A DNA stretch of 64,000 bases from contig OX597814.1 in assembly GCA_951406725.2 (NCBI GenBank), positions 197,036,001 to 197,100,000 on the forward strand, given 5' to 3'. The notes below the pieces were generated by a model, which worked only from the letters and a program-made list of their open reading frames with translations, was not told the DNA's origin and searched no databases. A program made the position numbers and the translations under genes. The DNA comes from Octopus vulgaris. Its lineage: Eukaryota. This document shows positions 14,350 through 28,640 of this stretch, in pieces. Positions within the stretch are counted from its first letter, which is position 1; every line of letters begins with the position of its first letter.

Positions 14350-14729
14350 TAATTTGAGAGAAATTTGGCCGCTTTGTTTTGCCGGTCGAGCGAACACATC
14401 CGCTCCTTCATTAGCACTGAGCTTAAGATGTTGATAATTGTTAATTTTATTGATTTTGGTCATGTTATTGCTGATTTCAGATCAACCATGACTAAAGACT
14501 TTCATAATAATGACACCCACTGATATTCTTGTAACATCGAAACCTAATGCACTGTCTCGTCGTAGACGACATATAAGGGTTCCACAATTTCATGTTCAGG
14601 AACCTGTACTGATGATTTGCTTTTAGAGATCAAATGTATGTGCTGTAAATTAGCTAATTCCTCCATCAAATTGACAGCACCTGTAGAGCTGCACATTGTG
14701 CTACGCGTCAGATTTCGAAGTGATCGCAG

Positions 14730-14850
14730 CACAACGTGAACTCAAGTGTTTTGCTCAGGACAAAACGCAAAACTCTCTCTCTCTAGGAATCGAAACTATG
14801 TTGTTGCAATCGTGAGTGCAACACCTTAACCACCAAGGCACGCGCCCTCA
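14730..14850 (-). mobile_element. Old tRNA-derived SINE head with CORE-like segment
   Basis: Minus strand reads GGCGCGTGCCTTGGTGGTTAAGG...GTTTCGATTCC...GTCCTGAGCAAAACACTT. Confidence 0.6.
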
Positions 14851-15041
14851 CACATTCAAGCATACGATCGTTTTACCGACATGGCATTAATATCAAACAT
14901 CCGACTAAGAAGTGAACGTTATTGTTACTTCTATTTCTAGCAGATCAAGCTTAGAGCAATGTGGACCTTCTCTGTTTGGACACTAAAAAATACATAATTG
15001 TTTCTAATTTTGCCACAAAGCCAACAATTTTGATGAGAGGG

Positions 15042-15083
<42 letters not shown>

Positions 15084-15242
15084 CAATGATAAATCTCAGA
15101 GCGAGTTAGAAACAGTAGCAGCAACACATCGTGACGTATATTTGCCATTTGAATATGGCTAACCCCTAAGGGTGGATGCTACTGTAGTTTGTAGCCCCAG
15201 GAGGACACCTCCTCCAGCTGGCTATATATATATATATATATA

Positions 15243-15523
15243 CCGTTTTTAGATATGATTTGCAAGATTTTTTATGTTAGTTCGTGTGTTGAAGCATATT
15301 CTGTTCTGTCTGGGGAAAATCATTTTCTTTTTGTGTCTTATGATTTAACACACTCACCAGTTTTCCTAAAATTTTCGTTGCGCCTTGCAACTTTTTCAGT
15401 AGGCTTGACTCAAGAGGCAACGAAAATTTTAGGAAAATAAAAATAAGAAATAAGGGGAAATTTTACCGGTGAGTGTGTTAAATTATAGGGCACAAAAAGA
15501 AAATGACTCACCCCAGACACACA

Positions 15524-15526
<3 letters not shown>
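15243..15526. mobile_element. Palindromic (TA)n-embedded element, same family as 30131-30480, Penelope-like remnant with hammerhead-like motif
   Basis: GTCTGGGGAAAATCATTTTCTTTTTGTG pairs with CACAAAAAGAAAATGACTCACCCCAGAC; CCTAAAATTTTCGTTGC pairs with GCAACGAAAATTTTAGG. (TA)n on both sides. Confidence 0.7.
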
Positions 15527-15571
<45 letters not shown>

Positions 15572-16042
15572 GGTCACGGTTGAATTCGAACACAGAACAC
15601 ATGGAGCTGGCAGAAATGCCACTAGGCATTGTTTTCCTGTATAGTAACCATTCTACTAGTATGCCGCTTTGCTCGAAGAATAAATAGTACCATGATATTC
15701 GAGTATTCGGTTCATAATCTTATTAAAATCCAATACTCTACATCACTAGACAAAAATGAAAACCGTCACAATAGCTAATTCTATTTCGTTATAACCTGTT
15801 GTGGAATTAATAGATTTTATTAGCAAATATGAACGCTACATTATAACCTAGTGACATGTGATTCCATTTATTGTTATTCTGGAATATTCGTTAGGATTCT
15901 GCAGAAATGAGACATTTCAAGTGTTATAATTTGATAATTTTTTTCATCATAAATATCAAACATGCACACACAACCACACTCAAATTATATCGTATAGCGC
16001 ATTGTTATCCTTCCCTGTACTTCTCCTTGTAAACATTGTATG

Positions 16043-16095
<53 letters not shown>

Positions 16096-16177
16096 ACAAA
16101 TATACATATATGTGTGTATATATATATATATATACACACATACACAAATATACATACATGTGTGTGTACCTGCGTGG

Positions 16178-16212
<35 letters not shown>

Positions 16213-16237
16213 GAGAGAGATATATATATAGAGAGAG

Positions 16238-16294
<57 letters not shown>

Positions 16295-16523
16295 CACATA
16301 CACACACATAACTGATGAGGGAAACGGAAGATATATTCTGTACACATTTTATTCAGCACTGAATAAAGATTCGTACTAAATCCAGCTTGTTTCCTTCATC
16401 AGATATAAACTCAACAACTGCGGATTTCCTGACGTAAATCCAATGAAAATTATGTCGCAACTGTAGATGACATCAGGTAGCCCAAACGGTGAATGTGCTT
16501 TAATCATCATACTAATACACATG

Positions 16524-16808
16524 TGGAAGCGCAATGGCCCAGTGGTTAGGGCAGTGGACTTGCAGTCGTATTATCGCGGTTTCGATTGTGGGTGTTTATT
16601 GAGCAAAAACCCCTAAAGATCCACGAAGCTCTGGCAGTGGGTGGTGGTGATCCCTGCTGTAATCTTTCGCTGCAACTTTCTGTCACTCTTTCTTATGTTG
16701 GCCTCGCTTAGCCAGCGAGGTGACGTCATTTGAAGGCTAAAACAATGCGAAGCGCATTGTGACCAGCGATGTGTAGCACGATCTGATAGCCTGGTCGGTC
16801 ACGTCACA
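16524..16808 (+). mobile_element. tRNA-derived SINE, OR2-like (same head and body as 3455-3837, different tail)
   Basis: GCGCAATGGCCCAGTGGTTAGGGCAG head; tail GAAGGCTAAAACAATGCGAAGCGCATTGTGACCAGCGATG. Possible TSD ACTAATAC at 16511 and 16811. Confidence 0.85.
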
Positions 16809-17139
16809 TCACTAATACCCAAAGTCCATATAGTTACATATATATACATGTGTGCGCGTGTATATATATATACACACATACACACATTTATATATATATA
16901 TATACACACATACACACATTTATATATATACACATACACACATTTATATATATATACACACATACACACATTTATATATACTCATAAGTGTTCATAAATA
17001 TGTACATCTATTACATGTGTGTGAGTGTGCCTGCCTAGGTGTCTGGTGTGTGGCGGTGTGTGCACGCGTTTGTGAGTGTGTGTGTGTGCTGCTGAAATAT
17101 ATAATTAGAGCGACAGAACTCTTTTCGAAAAACTAATCT

Positions 17140-18030
17140 ATTTTTCCGGATGTGTTCAGCAGGCGCCATTCTCTAAGAATTTTTGTAAGCTACAACCATT
17201 TATCTGTATAAGAACAATGGTAATATATTGAAATATGACAATCATAGAAGTATTTTCGACTAGTTACAAGTTATTAGTAAAATCTTAGCAAGAATACTCT
17301 CGAAAATTCTCATTCATCTCTTTGACAATATAAATCTGCTGCGAGAAATCCAAGAGTAGAATCAGGCACTCTATGTAACATTTGAGGATGTAAGAGGCAG
17401 TGGTTTGTGGCGAATCTTTGCTAAGTTTTGTTGTGTAATCTTCATAATAGCATTCGAAAGAGTTAGTAAAAGCGGCGAATTATCTGCAGTATTTTTCTGT
17501 CAAAAATGCAATAAAGTTGTTTTTTTTCTTCTTCGTACCAATGCTCTTTAGCATCATGTTTGCTACCATATTACAGGATACCTTCAGAATTACTCTTCCC
17601 CCACCACTGGCATTGGCATTGAGTACATATGTCATTTGAAAAACCGTAATAATTATAGAATGCAATCAAATGCCAAAGAGAAGTATTTAAGCGAATATCA
17701 TCTGTTGTTTGTCGATGACTGTGGATTGGTTGCACCAAACGTGCCGTGCATGCAAGCATATATCGATCAATACTCAACAGATCGGATACAAACTCAGCCG
17801 CACTATCAACACTGCAAACAAAAACGGAAGTACTGCATCAACCTGTCATACGGTATGCACAGGGTTTATCACCTGGAAAATAGATAAGCCTGAGCTGAAA
17901 GATATCTACATTAATGTTAACATCACGCATTCGTAAGGCGAGTGCAACATTTGAAAATCTGTGAAGTCGTGTTGGACAGCACAGCTACGTACACTGATGA
18001 CAAAATTAAACTTTACTATGGTTGCAGACA
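17140..18030 (+). mobile_element. Dead RTE/BovB-clade LINE, reverse transcriptase fragment
   Basis: Frame-shifted peptides in correct RTE RT order: TIYLYKNNGN..DNHRSI, KILARIL, LYVTFED, GLWRIFAKF, PMLFSIMFATILQDTF, HLLFVDDCGLVA (LLFADDCAL catalytic motif), KTEVLHQP, RIRKASATFENL. Confidence 0.85.
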
Positions 18031-18093
18031 ATGCTGTGTAGCAAGAAGTTTGCTTCTTAAGCACAAAGTTTGCAGTTCAAACCCACATGCATA

Positions 18094-18132
<39 letters not shown>

Positions 18133-18168
18133 CCTAGAGTTAAATTTCACCGTCCACCTACTCAAGGT

Positions 18169-18257
18169 GACATCTGCTCAAGGTGCCAGGCAGTGGGACT
18201 GAACCCGGAACCATGTGGGTGGGAAACACGTTTCTTACCACAAACCACACTTGCGTC
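18169..18257 (-). mobile_element. SINE family A 5' fragment
   Basis: CAAGGTGCCAGGCAGTGGGACTGAACCCGGAACCATGTGG is the reverse complement of the family A head. Confidence 0.8.
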
Positions 18258-18552
18258 ATATGTATATATATATATATATATATATACGCACATGTACACA
18301 CGCACGCACTCGCACACACAGGTAGGTTGGTAGGAAGGTAGGTAGATAGATAGACAGATGTATTTTTATCATTAGCTGTCTTTCTACCATCTGAGACATC
18401 TACATTTCTCATCTCATTCCTTCAATTAATTCAAAATGTTAGTGATGAACGATCAACCGTTTAAGCCATGTAATTCGAATTACTCAACGCACATGCACGC
18501 ATACATTCATACATACACGTACAAAAGACACACGCACGTACCAACGCACTTC

Positions 18553-18584
<32 letters not shown>

Positions 18585-19201
18585 TGTATGTATGTATGTA
18601 TGTATGTATAGAGACACCACAATCTGTGTGCGATGGTTTTAATAATACCATGTTTATTTTTCCCCATTAAGCATATAAATAACACCCAATTAATATTCAA
18701 ATAATTGATTTTTAATTGTTTTATTTACGAGGATGAAACAGTTTGCTTCGCAATATAACGTTCCTTCGTGGAAGCCAACAGCTCAATAGCCTTTAACAAA
18801 ATTATAGTTATTTAATAATGTTTATAGTTCCCTTCTTGTTTTATTCAGCCTATTTTTTAACAATATTCTATCTCTCTCTCTCTTCCCGCCTATCTTTTTC
18901 ACTCTCTCTGTCTCTCTAATCTCCTTTCCCGTTTTGTTGCTGCACGCCTTCATGTATCTGTTTGTGGTTCTGTGTGGCTCACCATCGTTAATCCTCCTTG
19001 CAATTATGTAATTGCATTTAATGAGGTGAAAGGTTAGAAAGTATCACACAACAACACAGATGTTGTACACAAACCGTTCTCTTTGTCAATAAATTCTTGT
19101 ATTTGCTATTATGCCAGCACAGGAATTACAAAACATAATATGGATACATATGCATAATACATATCCACTCAATCGAACATGCAACAATATATATGTATAT
19201 G

Positions 19202-19267
<66 letters not shown>

Positions 19268-19307
19268 TATTTGGATATACATGGCATAATTTATCGATAT
19301 ACAATAT

Positions 19308-19702
<395 letters not shown>

Positions 19703-20466
19703 ATAAAAGATTATGTAAAGAATCATAAAAACATGACACTATTACTAGCTCTTCTGGCTTGTATTGGATTGACAATATAAATTTACAAACACACACACAC
19801 ACACATAATCATATAATCATAAATGGCATCATAAATTGGAACTTAGCTCAATTAGAGCACTTTAATTCTAGCCCGGTTCTCCGTTTCTGAGCATTGTTTA
19901 AGTTAACAATCTCTACTTAAAATTGTATAATTTATATATATATATATACTTAAGGACAAAATACAAATGAATTTTAAGAATTCCTGTAAATTCTGAGTTC
20001 GTGTGAATGTCATATTTTTTATGACTGGATGGATAGAAAAATTACGTAAATATTGAGATAGCTTTCCATCCCGCGATTGATCCTCTAGCCAGGAAGAACT
20101 CCAACTAATATGGTCTTTTCTATTATAGGCAAAAGAATTCAATTTTGCGGTTGGCTGTGGGTGTGGGCAGGAGTGTGTGTGTGGGTGGAGCTCGTCTATT
20201 ACGGAGAATCAATATTACACATGCTTCAAGATTGTGTGATGTTCCTTCATCTTTCTTTCAGCATGTCTGTGCATTCTTCTCAAGTGATTGTTTTTATCTG
20301 CATCGATCAATAATGCGTACGGGATTGATATTAATCTGCTGACGTGAACCACCTCATATTATTGAATGAACTATTTAGGAATATGCGGAGTTTTGTTACT
20401 AAATTAAAGCAAGTGTATGGTTCGGTGTCGAACTGTCTTAAATGATTACATTGCGAAGGGCCAGTG

Positions 20467-20523
<57 letters not shown>

Positions 20524-20624
20524 AATACATTTATGCGCTCTCACAAAAGGGAATGGAGAAACTCATATAAGATTGAATCCAATCATGGGGTGTTTCAACA
20601 CTGAAGCGTATACATACATACACT

Positions 20625-20678
<54 letters not shown>

Positions 20679-20680
<2 letters not shown>

Positions 20681-20904
20681 CGAGCTGGCAGAAACGTTAG
20701 CGCGCCGAGCGAAATGCTTAGCGGTATTTCGTCTGTCGTTACGTTGTGAGTTCAAATTCCGCCGAGGTCGACTTTGCCTTTCATCCTTTCGGGGTCAATA
20801 AATTAAGTACCAGTTACGCACTGGGGTCGATGTAATCAACTTAATCCCTTTGTCTGTCCTTGTTTGTCCCCTCTATGTTTAGCCCCTTGTGGGTAGTAAA
20901 GAAT
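20679..20904 (+). mobile_element. SINE family B (Meta/MESC-domain-like), full length
   Basis: A-box-like GGCGAGCTGGCAGAAACGTTAG, B box GAGTTCAAATTCC, central GCCTTTCATCCTTTCGGGGTCAATAAATTAAGTACCAG resembling the MetaSINE/MESC domain (from recall). Confidence 0.88.
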
Positions 20905-21204
20905 TACATATATATATATAAGGATAATATCGATATTTAAATATCGATCTTATCAAGTGGCCAGCATGGAAATAAATACCATACAAAGGTAATAATTATT
21001 TAAAACTGTAAATTAGGGTATGGAGAGATACCACCATGTTGAAATAGCAGTCAAAACCCTAACCCTATAACCACCTTAAATGTTCATATAGCGCTAGGAG
21101 TGTTATATATATATATGTATATGTATATATATGTATGTATTCTGAATATGGTAGTGCAAACACACACACACTCATATATATATATGTGTGTGTATGTGTG
21201 TTCC

Positions 21205-21600
21205 ATCTATTTTAACTTGTTTCAGATGGATTGTGGAAATGTTGTGGTACTGCCCAAGAAAGATTAGTTCTTGAAATCGATTCTACTATTTATTGAGAAG
21301 TTCCATTCTTGTGCTACCGTTACCGTTAGGCGGGGCTACTAGCTTACGCAGAACGGATGTCAAACATTGCAACAAAGAACAATCACAGATCTTCGAACAA
21401 ACTCTCAAACACATCTACACAAGCATGAACACCACTAAATCCACAAGCACAAACACATGTATGCGCATAAAATAAATAAGTTCACTCAAAGAGCATTAGT
21501 CACGTAAATCGGGGGAGGATGCGCTACTTGCTACGCAGTGTGGCTAAACTCGAGGCACGTGCTTTTGTGGTTCGTGCTCATACAACCATGACTATGCAAT
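21205..21600 (-). mobile_element. Highly diverged SINE family A copy
   Basis: Residual TTTTAACTTGTTTCAG, CCGTTACCGTTAGG and TTCACTCAAAGAGCATTAGTC in family order. Confidence 0.5.
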
Positions 21601-21995
21601 AAGCAGATATAAATATATGTGGTGGCTGTCCACTTTTGGCTGAGGAAGACCATCACTGAACATTAAGAAAATTGTGAATAGAGGTAAAACTATACTTTAC
21701 AATTGTGTTATCTGACGAATCCAGCTTTTCATGGGCATACGTGTCTGTAGATGTTGCAAATGAAAATCCTCCCATTCAGTCTGCAAGCGTTATGTTTTCG
21801 AGCAGCTCGATGAGGTTCAGCATTAAAAAAATTATTATTACTTCAAAAATACTCCATCGTTTCTTTATTTGGTGCCACCGATCGTGGCAATAAGTATTGC
21901 TTTCCCAGTTGCTTTTTAATATCTTACAGGCTATCAACCAAGATTTTGCAAAATTCTTATGTGATATACATACATACATACATACATACATACAC

Positions 21996-22053
<58 letters not shown>

Positions 22054-22060
22054 ATATATT

Positions 22061-22234
22061 ATGGCTGTGTGATAAAAAGCTTGCTTCCCAACCACATGGT
22101 CCCGAGGTCAGTCCCACTGCGTGGCACCTTGGGCAACTGACTTCTACTATAGCCTCAGGCCGACAAAAGCCTTGTGAGTGGATTTGGTAGATGGAAATTG
22201 AAAGAAGACCGTCGTATATAAATATGTATGCATG

Positions 22235-22275
<41 letters not shown>

Positions 22276-22430
22276 GTTGGCAACTGATGTTGGTGTGTTT
22301 TCGTCCCCCTGAACACACCAACATCGATACTACTCTTATAAAGAATAAGTCAAGAGATCGATGTATTCGATTTTCAGGCTTAACTCCAGCATGACCGCCG
22401 TCAAATAATTGAAACAAGTAAAAGAATAGA
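22061..22430 (+). mobile_element. SINE family A
   Basis: Head and tail match 22807-23206; middle rearranged. Confidence 0.85.
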
Positions 22431-22806
22431 AATAGAAGAATGCATACACACACACAAATATATATATATATATATATAGTTAGCGGTGGGAATAACCGTC
22501 TAAGTGATAAGAATGCCCGTTATTACTACCGGTATATAATACATATGTTAACACCGGGCTTAGATATGCAAGCGTACTATACACATAGGATACAGGTAAT
22601 TACAGAATAGATAAGAGTTTATCAGAAATCAATCTTAAAATGAGCAGAAAATGTGGCGGCACCGACTGACATCGGCATCAGAAACGGCTGTAAGCAATGT
22701 TCATGTTTTATATTAAAAAATATTTAACCGATGGTAATCAATTTCTTTGTTGATCAAAAGTTTTCTCCATTTTCTGCTGATTTAAAATTATATATATATA
22801 TATATA

Positions 22807-23203
22807 GGCGCAGGAGTGGCTGTGTCGTAAGTAGCTTGCTAACCAACTACATGGTTCCGGGTTCAGTCCCACTGCGTGGCATCCTGAGCAAGTGTCTTCT
22901 GCTATAGCCCCGGGCCGACTAATGCCTTGTGAGTGGATTTGGTAGACGGAAACTGAAAGAAGACTGTCGTATATATGTATATATATGTGTGTGTGTGTGT
23001 GTATGTCTGTGTTTGTCCCCCTAACATTGCTTGATAACCGATGCTGGTGTGTTTACGTCCCCGTGACTTAGCGGTTCGGCAAAAGAGTCCGATAGAAAAG
23101 TACTGGGCTTACAAAGAATAAGTCCCGGGGTCGATTTGCTCGAGTAAAGGCGGTGCTCCAGCATGGCCGCAGTCAAATGACTAAAACAAGTAAAAGAGTA
23201 AAA

Positions 23204-23206
<3 letters not shown>
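22807..23206 (+). mobile_element. SINE family A (OK-like), full length, near consensus
   Basis: GGCGCAGGAGTGGCTGTGTCGTAAG head, B-box-like GGTTCAGTCCC, internal (TA)(TG)n, (GTAAAAGA)2 tail, inserted in (TA)n. Confidence 0.93.
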
Positions 23207-23273
<67 letters not shown>

Positions 23274-24145
23274 ATATATATACACACACAGAGGCACATA
23301 CACAATTGCCTGCCTTCTTTCTCTCTACACAACATTCCAAAGACGGACAAACAATCTCTAAAACTCTATAATTACTCTTTTCCTTTTCTCTGACCATCAA
23401 AATAAAAATTTTGCTAACGAAATTATCCCGTTTCTTTGTGGCCATTTTCCTCCGTTTTCTTTTTTTTATTTTTTGCTTTTGTATTTATTTAGCAGTTTCT
23501 TCCTCTTACTCTCTATCTGTCTACCTGTCTATCTTTCTGTCTAAAGAAGAGAATACATTAGATTTAGATAAGAAACTGTTAGTCGGGAAGAAATACTGCA
23601 TATTACATATTTGATACACTAAAAGCATATTAGCAGGTAATGTGAAACTGGGTTATATCGTGATAGGAGTTTTATCGATTTAATTTTCATATAGACTGAC
23701 GGCATTCGCTGAGGTTTACACATATGAGCTATTATTTGGGTAGACATACTGATTCTTCTTTTTCTTTGGCTTCCTTATCTACATTTGATATACATATATA
23801 TTAATATGCATATACATACATCTATATATACGCATGTATGTGGGTGTTTAAATATATATGTATGTAAATATATATATATATATATATATTTGTAATTATA
23901 TATACATATGTATATATGTAAATAAATGTATACTTATATATATATGAATATGTATATAATACATGAATACATGTATATATATGCATATATACATATATAT
24001 ATATATATATACATACCTTTATATCATATATATACATATATATATATGCATATGTACATACATATATATATGCACATATATATTTATATCTGTACATATA
24101 TACACACATACATACATATATACACAAACACATATATATATATAC

Positions 24146-24180
<35 letters not shown>

Positions 24181-24905
24181 CATACATTAAAACACTGCCT
24201 AAATACCAATCTTGTGAAATTACGCTTCTAAAAACCAGAAAGAAGAAAGCTAATTCGAAGACTACAGATTGAATCTATCACTGGAACTGTAAAAATCTCT
24301 AAAACTTTCAAGAGGTTTATCATTTAAATATATATATATGAGCATGTCTAGATATGTAACTATATGCATGCGAATACATACAGAAAACATACAATTCTGT
24401 AACTACATACATACATATATGCATATATATATATATATACATACATACATACATACATACATACATACATACATACATACATACAAAAATACGCTGTTCT
24501 TGATGTTGAAATTTTACTAAAAGAACCTTGGATCTAGGTTAGAAAATGTTTCTCTCGACTGGCAAGAAATCGTGAAAGGAACTGATTAATGAGATTCAAA
24601 CATATATCGATACATAAAACATTCAGACATACATATGGTTTGTGACACTTGGCTCTTCCGTCACTCATTAACTTCTGCCAATTATTAATATAAAATGTAT
24701 GTACACTTGTTTTGAGATCTATTTTCCTGTATGCATCACCAAATCCACCAACCTACCTACTTCCCCAGATACATGTAAACATACATAGACATATATGTAC
24801 ATATACTCACACATTCTTTCACACACTAGCAAATATCTTCTGACTCAACCACATCCCAGAAATGCTTAATGTGTGAAGAAACGTAACCATAAGATATATA
24901 TATAT

Positions 24906-25025
24906 CACCGTGATCACCGTGACCGACCAGGCTATCAGATGTTTCTACACATCGCTGGTCACAATGCGCTTCACATTGTTTTATCCTTCAAATGACGCCA
25001 CCCCGCTGGCTAAGCGAGCAGGCCA

Positions 25026-25026
<1 letters not shown>
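24906..25026 (-). mobile_element. OR2-like SINE 3' tail fragment
   Basis: Reverse complement of 16697-16808. Confidence 0.85.
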
Positions 25027-25069
<43 letters not shown>

Positions 25070-25632
25070 ACGCACACACACACCTATTGCATATATATGA
25101 TCGTACGTGTGTGTGTATGTTCGTGTGTGTCACTATTAGTGTGTTCATGTACGAACATACGTGAGTGTATATGTGACAACACTTTTTGCATGCGGTACAT
25201 GTATTTGTATGTGTTTACATATGTGTGCACGCGTGAGTATTCATACCCGTATACCATACCAAACGAGAATGGATGAACTATTTTCGTTAATGACTCTTTT
25301 AATGGAAGCCAAAAAGCACTACAGTTCCCCCTCTGATTTTACTTCACAGAACATTCACCGTGTTTTATAATCCTCCGAGATATTCCACGCAATATATTCA
25401 TTCCGCGCCTTCCATAAGTGTCAATATGGTAGCTTTCAACGAGAACTTATACGGAATTTTGAGCCGTTCACTCTTCTCACTGCAGTGCGTGTACATGTTT
25501 ATTTGTGAGAGTGTGGATATGCTCTATTTTTACTTGTTTCAGTTATTCAACTGCTGGGGCACGGCCGTCAATAACTTTTCCGTCGAATGGATGGCCACCG
25601 TTACTTATTTACACAGACACACACACACACAC

Positions 25633-25696
<64 letters not shown>

Positions 25697-25698
<2 letters not shown>

Positions 25699-25875
25699 AA
25701 GAGAATTTACAAAAAACACAAAAGACGAAGACGGGTATGTGAACAACAAACAGATGAATTAGTTTAACGCTTGGGAAGTGAGAAAGTCTTTTATATTTCG
25801 AGCGTAAGATCTTCGGCAGAAAGGAACACAGAAATAAACAGGAAGAGAAAATATAAAAAAGGGTTTAGTAGCTAC

Positions 25876-25876
<1 letters not shown>
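25697..25876 (-). mobile_element. Penelope-like remnant in (TA)n with decayed hammerhead
   Basis: Minus strand CTTT-CTGCCGA-A-GATC-TTAC-GCTC-GAAATATA-AAAG; homologous to 62415-62560. Confidence 0.65.
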
Positions 25877-25960
<84 letters not shown>

Positions 25961-26599
25961 AGAAAATCATGAAAGAGGCTGATAGCGTATTTCGTCGTGA
26001 TTGCGTTTCATCAATGCTGCACTCCCGCATCACCTTTGAAAAGGAACTGGAATCTCTAGTCCGAATTACATACTGACAGTGTATGCATTTTTATACTTGA
26101 TTAACTATAGCGTCGGCAAAGTAGAATAAATCGGAATTATGCAATAGAAGCAGTTATGTATACATTATCAGTGCTACATATCTAACACACATATGTCACG
26201 GCCTCTCGGCAGGAATTTTTACGACTTTTACTATGAGAAAGAGCAAAAGAAACTGATACACCATCTGCAAATCCAGTATATTAGTGACTTAGTGAAAATT
26301 TGTAAAACATTTCATAGAATCTTTATCTGCGATTTTTTAAAGGAATATATACACACACAGGCGGTTATGTGTAGATAAAAAAATGCAAATATGTAAAAGG
26401 TAAAAGCTAAAGAATACACACACAAACACTAAAGAGGCAAGTTTATTCAGAAGATAAGGTAACACGTAACACACATGCATCTACACGTTCATTCAAGCAC
26501 ATATTCACAAACTGTAGTAAACTATCTTTACTCAAAAAGTCCGGTCGCTATGTTATCGACCAGTTTCATCTCCATTAAGAACTGAAATAAATGAATCAT

Positions 26600-26977
<378 letters not shown>

Positions 26978-27240
26978 CTGTGTGTTTGTGTGTGCGAGTG
27001 TACATATTTGAAGCCACTGCTGAATAACGATACAGTTAGAATTACATGTCGAAATATTACATTATAGTTCAACATACACACACACACACACACACATATA
27101 TATCTATGTATATATTTATAAATTTATAAATTTGTGTGTGTATATACGTATATATATATATGTGTGTGTGTATATACGCATATATATATATGTATGTATC
27201 TATGTTTATAAGTATATATATATTTCTATATACGTATGCA

Positions 27241-27281
<41 letters not shown>

Positions 27282-28244
27282 CATTTATAATATGAATTAT
27301 AATTTCTCTTAGTTTGTATGTGTAGACAGAATTTTGTTCAGGTTCTGTGTTTCTTTCCATTACTGTCATATCGCTTCACCTGTACGAGTTCCTTTTCAAC
27401 TGTTAAGTCTCCAAGTAAACACGCTCAACTTATAATAACATTTATTTCTGCTCGTATTATTTTTCGTAACGCATTTCCTGTTCATTGCTATGTCCCTCAA
27501 TTTGAAGATATTACTTCAACTATATTCATATTAATTTTAAAAGAAAATATATTTCTTAATCCTGACATAATATAATTTTTAGAGATAATATGCTTTAATT
27601 CGCCAAATTTTGTCGCATAATATAAAATCTTTAAATACCAATTTATCTCTATTTATTCCAAGCCCAAAAGCGCTCAAACGTAATATGTTATAGCGTTTAT
27701 ATACAACTGAGTGCCCTCGAAAGAATTTTACGTGTCGAATTCAAGTTATCTGTTATCCATTTAATAATTTATTGAATAGGTATGGAGTTAGCGATATGTA
27801 TTGTCGTTTTGTTTTTTCAGTTTCAATTTATACCGTTTATTGTTCAAAATAACGCCGTTGATTACAGGCTTCCAACCGGTTCATTGCTTTTCTGACAATG
27901 AGAGTGACAAGCTAGCGTCTGTACGCTATACAGAATAAATGCGACTGGGATCTTCGTTCGTCTTCCTCTGCAGTTCATACTGGCCAATGAAACAAGCATT
28001 AAATCTAGTTTGTCTGACAATAAACATGCAATTTTCTTACCTGGCTCGCTATATTTTGATCCTTACATATAGAGTACAGAGTAAAATGCAATCTGGATGT
28101 CAGCAGATGAACCATTTCATAGAGTTCGGTGACATTCTAGTTAGGACACAGTATTACATAACATAATTCCAAGGATATTTTTGCATCAAACCATTCAAAT
28201 TTTTGACATTACTGTAAGTGGCTTCAAAACCTAGATGATACATG

Positions 28245-28640
28245 TAATGCTGGGCGGTTACGAAGAACGCTTTACAACAACGTGGTTCTGGCATGGATCT
28301 CGTTGCGCGGCACCTTGGGCGAGCGTCTTTTACAATAGCCACAAAACCAAAATCTCACCAAAACCTATATCTTGTGAGCGATTTTGTTAGATGGTAACTG
28401 CATGGAAATTTATCATGTAAATGCGTTTGTATGTGTGCGTGAGTGCGTCTGTGGGTGCATGTGTGTCTATATGTGTTTGTGTTTTGGTGTTTGTCTCCCC
28501 GTAACTTAGCAGTTCAGCAAGCGAACCTGCTAGAATAAATGCCGGGCTTAAAATTAAGATAAGGGTGTCGACTCATTCAGCTAAAATTCTTCAAGGCGAT
28601 GTCCCAGCATGGCCGTATTTTAATGACTAAAACGAATTCA
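28245..28640 (+). mobile_element. Diverged SINE family A
   Basis: GGCACCTTGGGCGAGCGTCTT, CTTGTGAGCGATTTTGTTAGATGG, CCCCGTAACTTAGCAGTTC, CCAGCATGGCCG in family order. Confidence 0.75.

Noticed and set aside
16312-16362. Box C/D snoRNA (TGATGA...CTGA)
   Set aside because: It is too short, lacks a terminal stem in the right place, and is better explained by the palindrome.
21050-21070. Telomeric CCCTAA repeats
   Set aside because: Fewer than two full units are present, not an array.
28040-28136. Minus-strand ~96 nt exon ending CAG|GTAAG (NVTELYEMVHLL...)
   Set aside because: There is a good donor but no polypyrimidine acceptor, no recognisable peptide and no partner exons.
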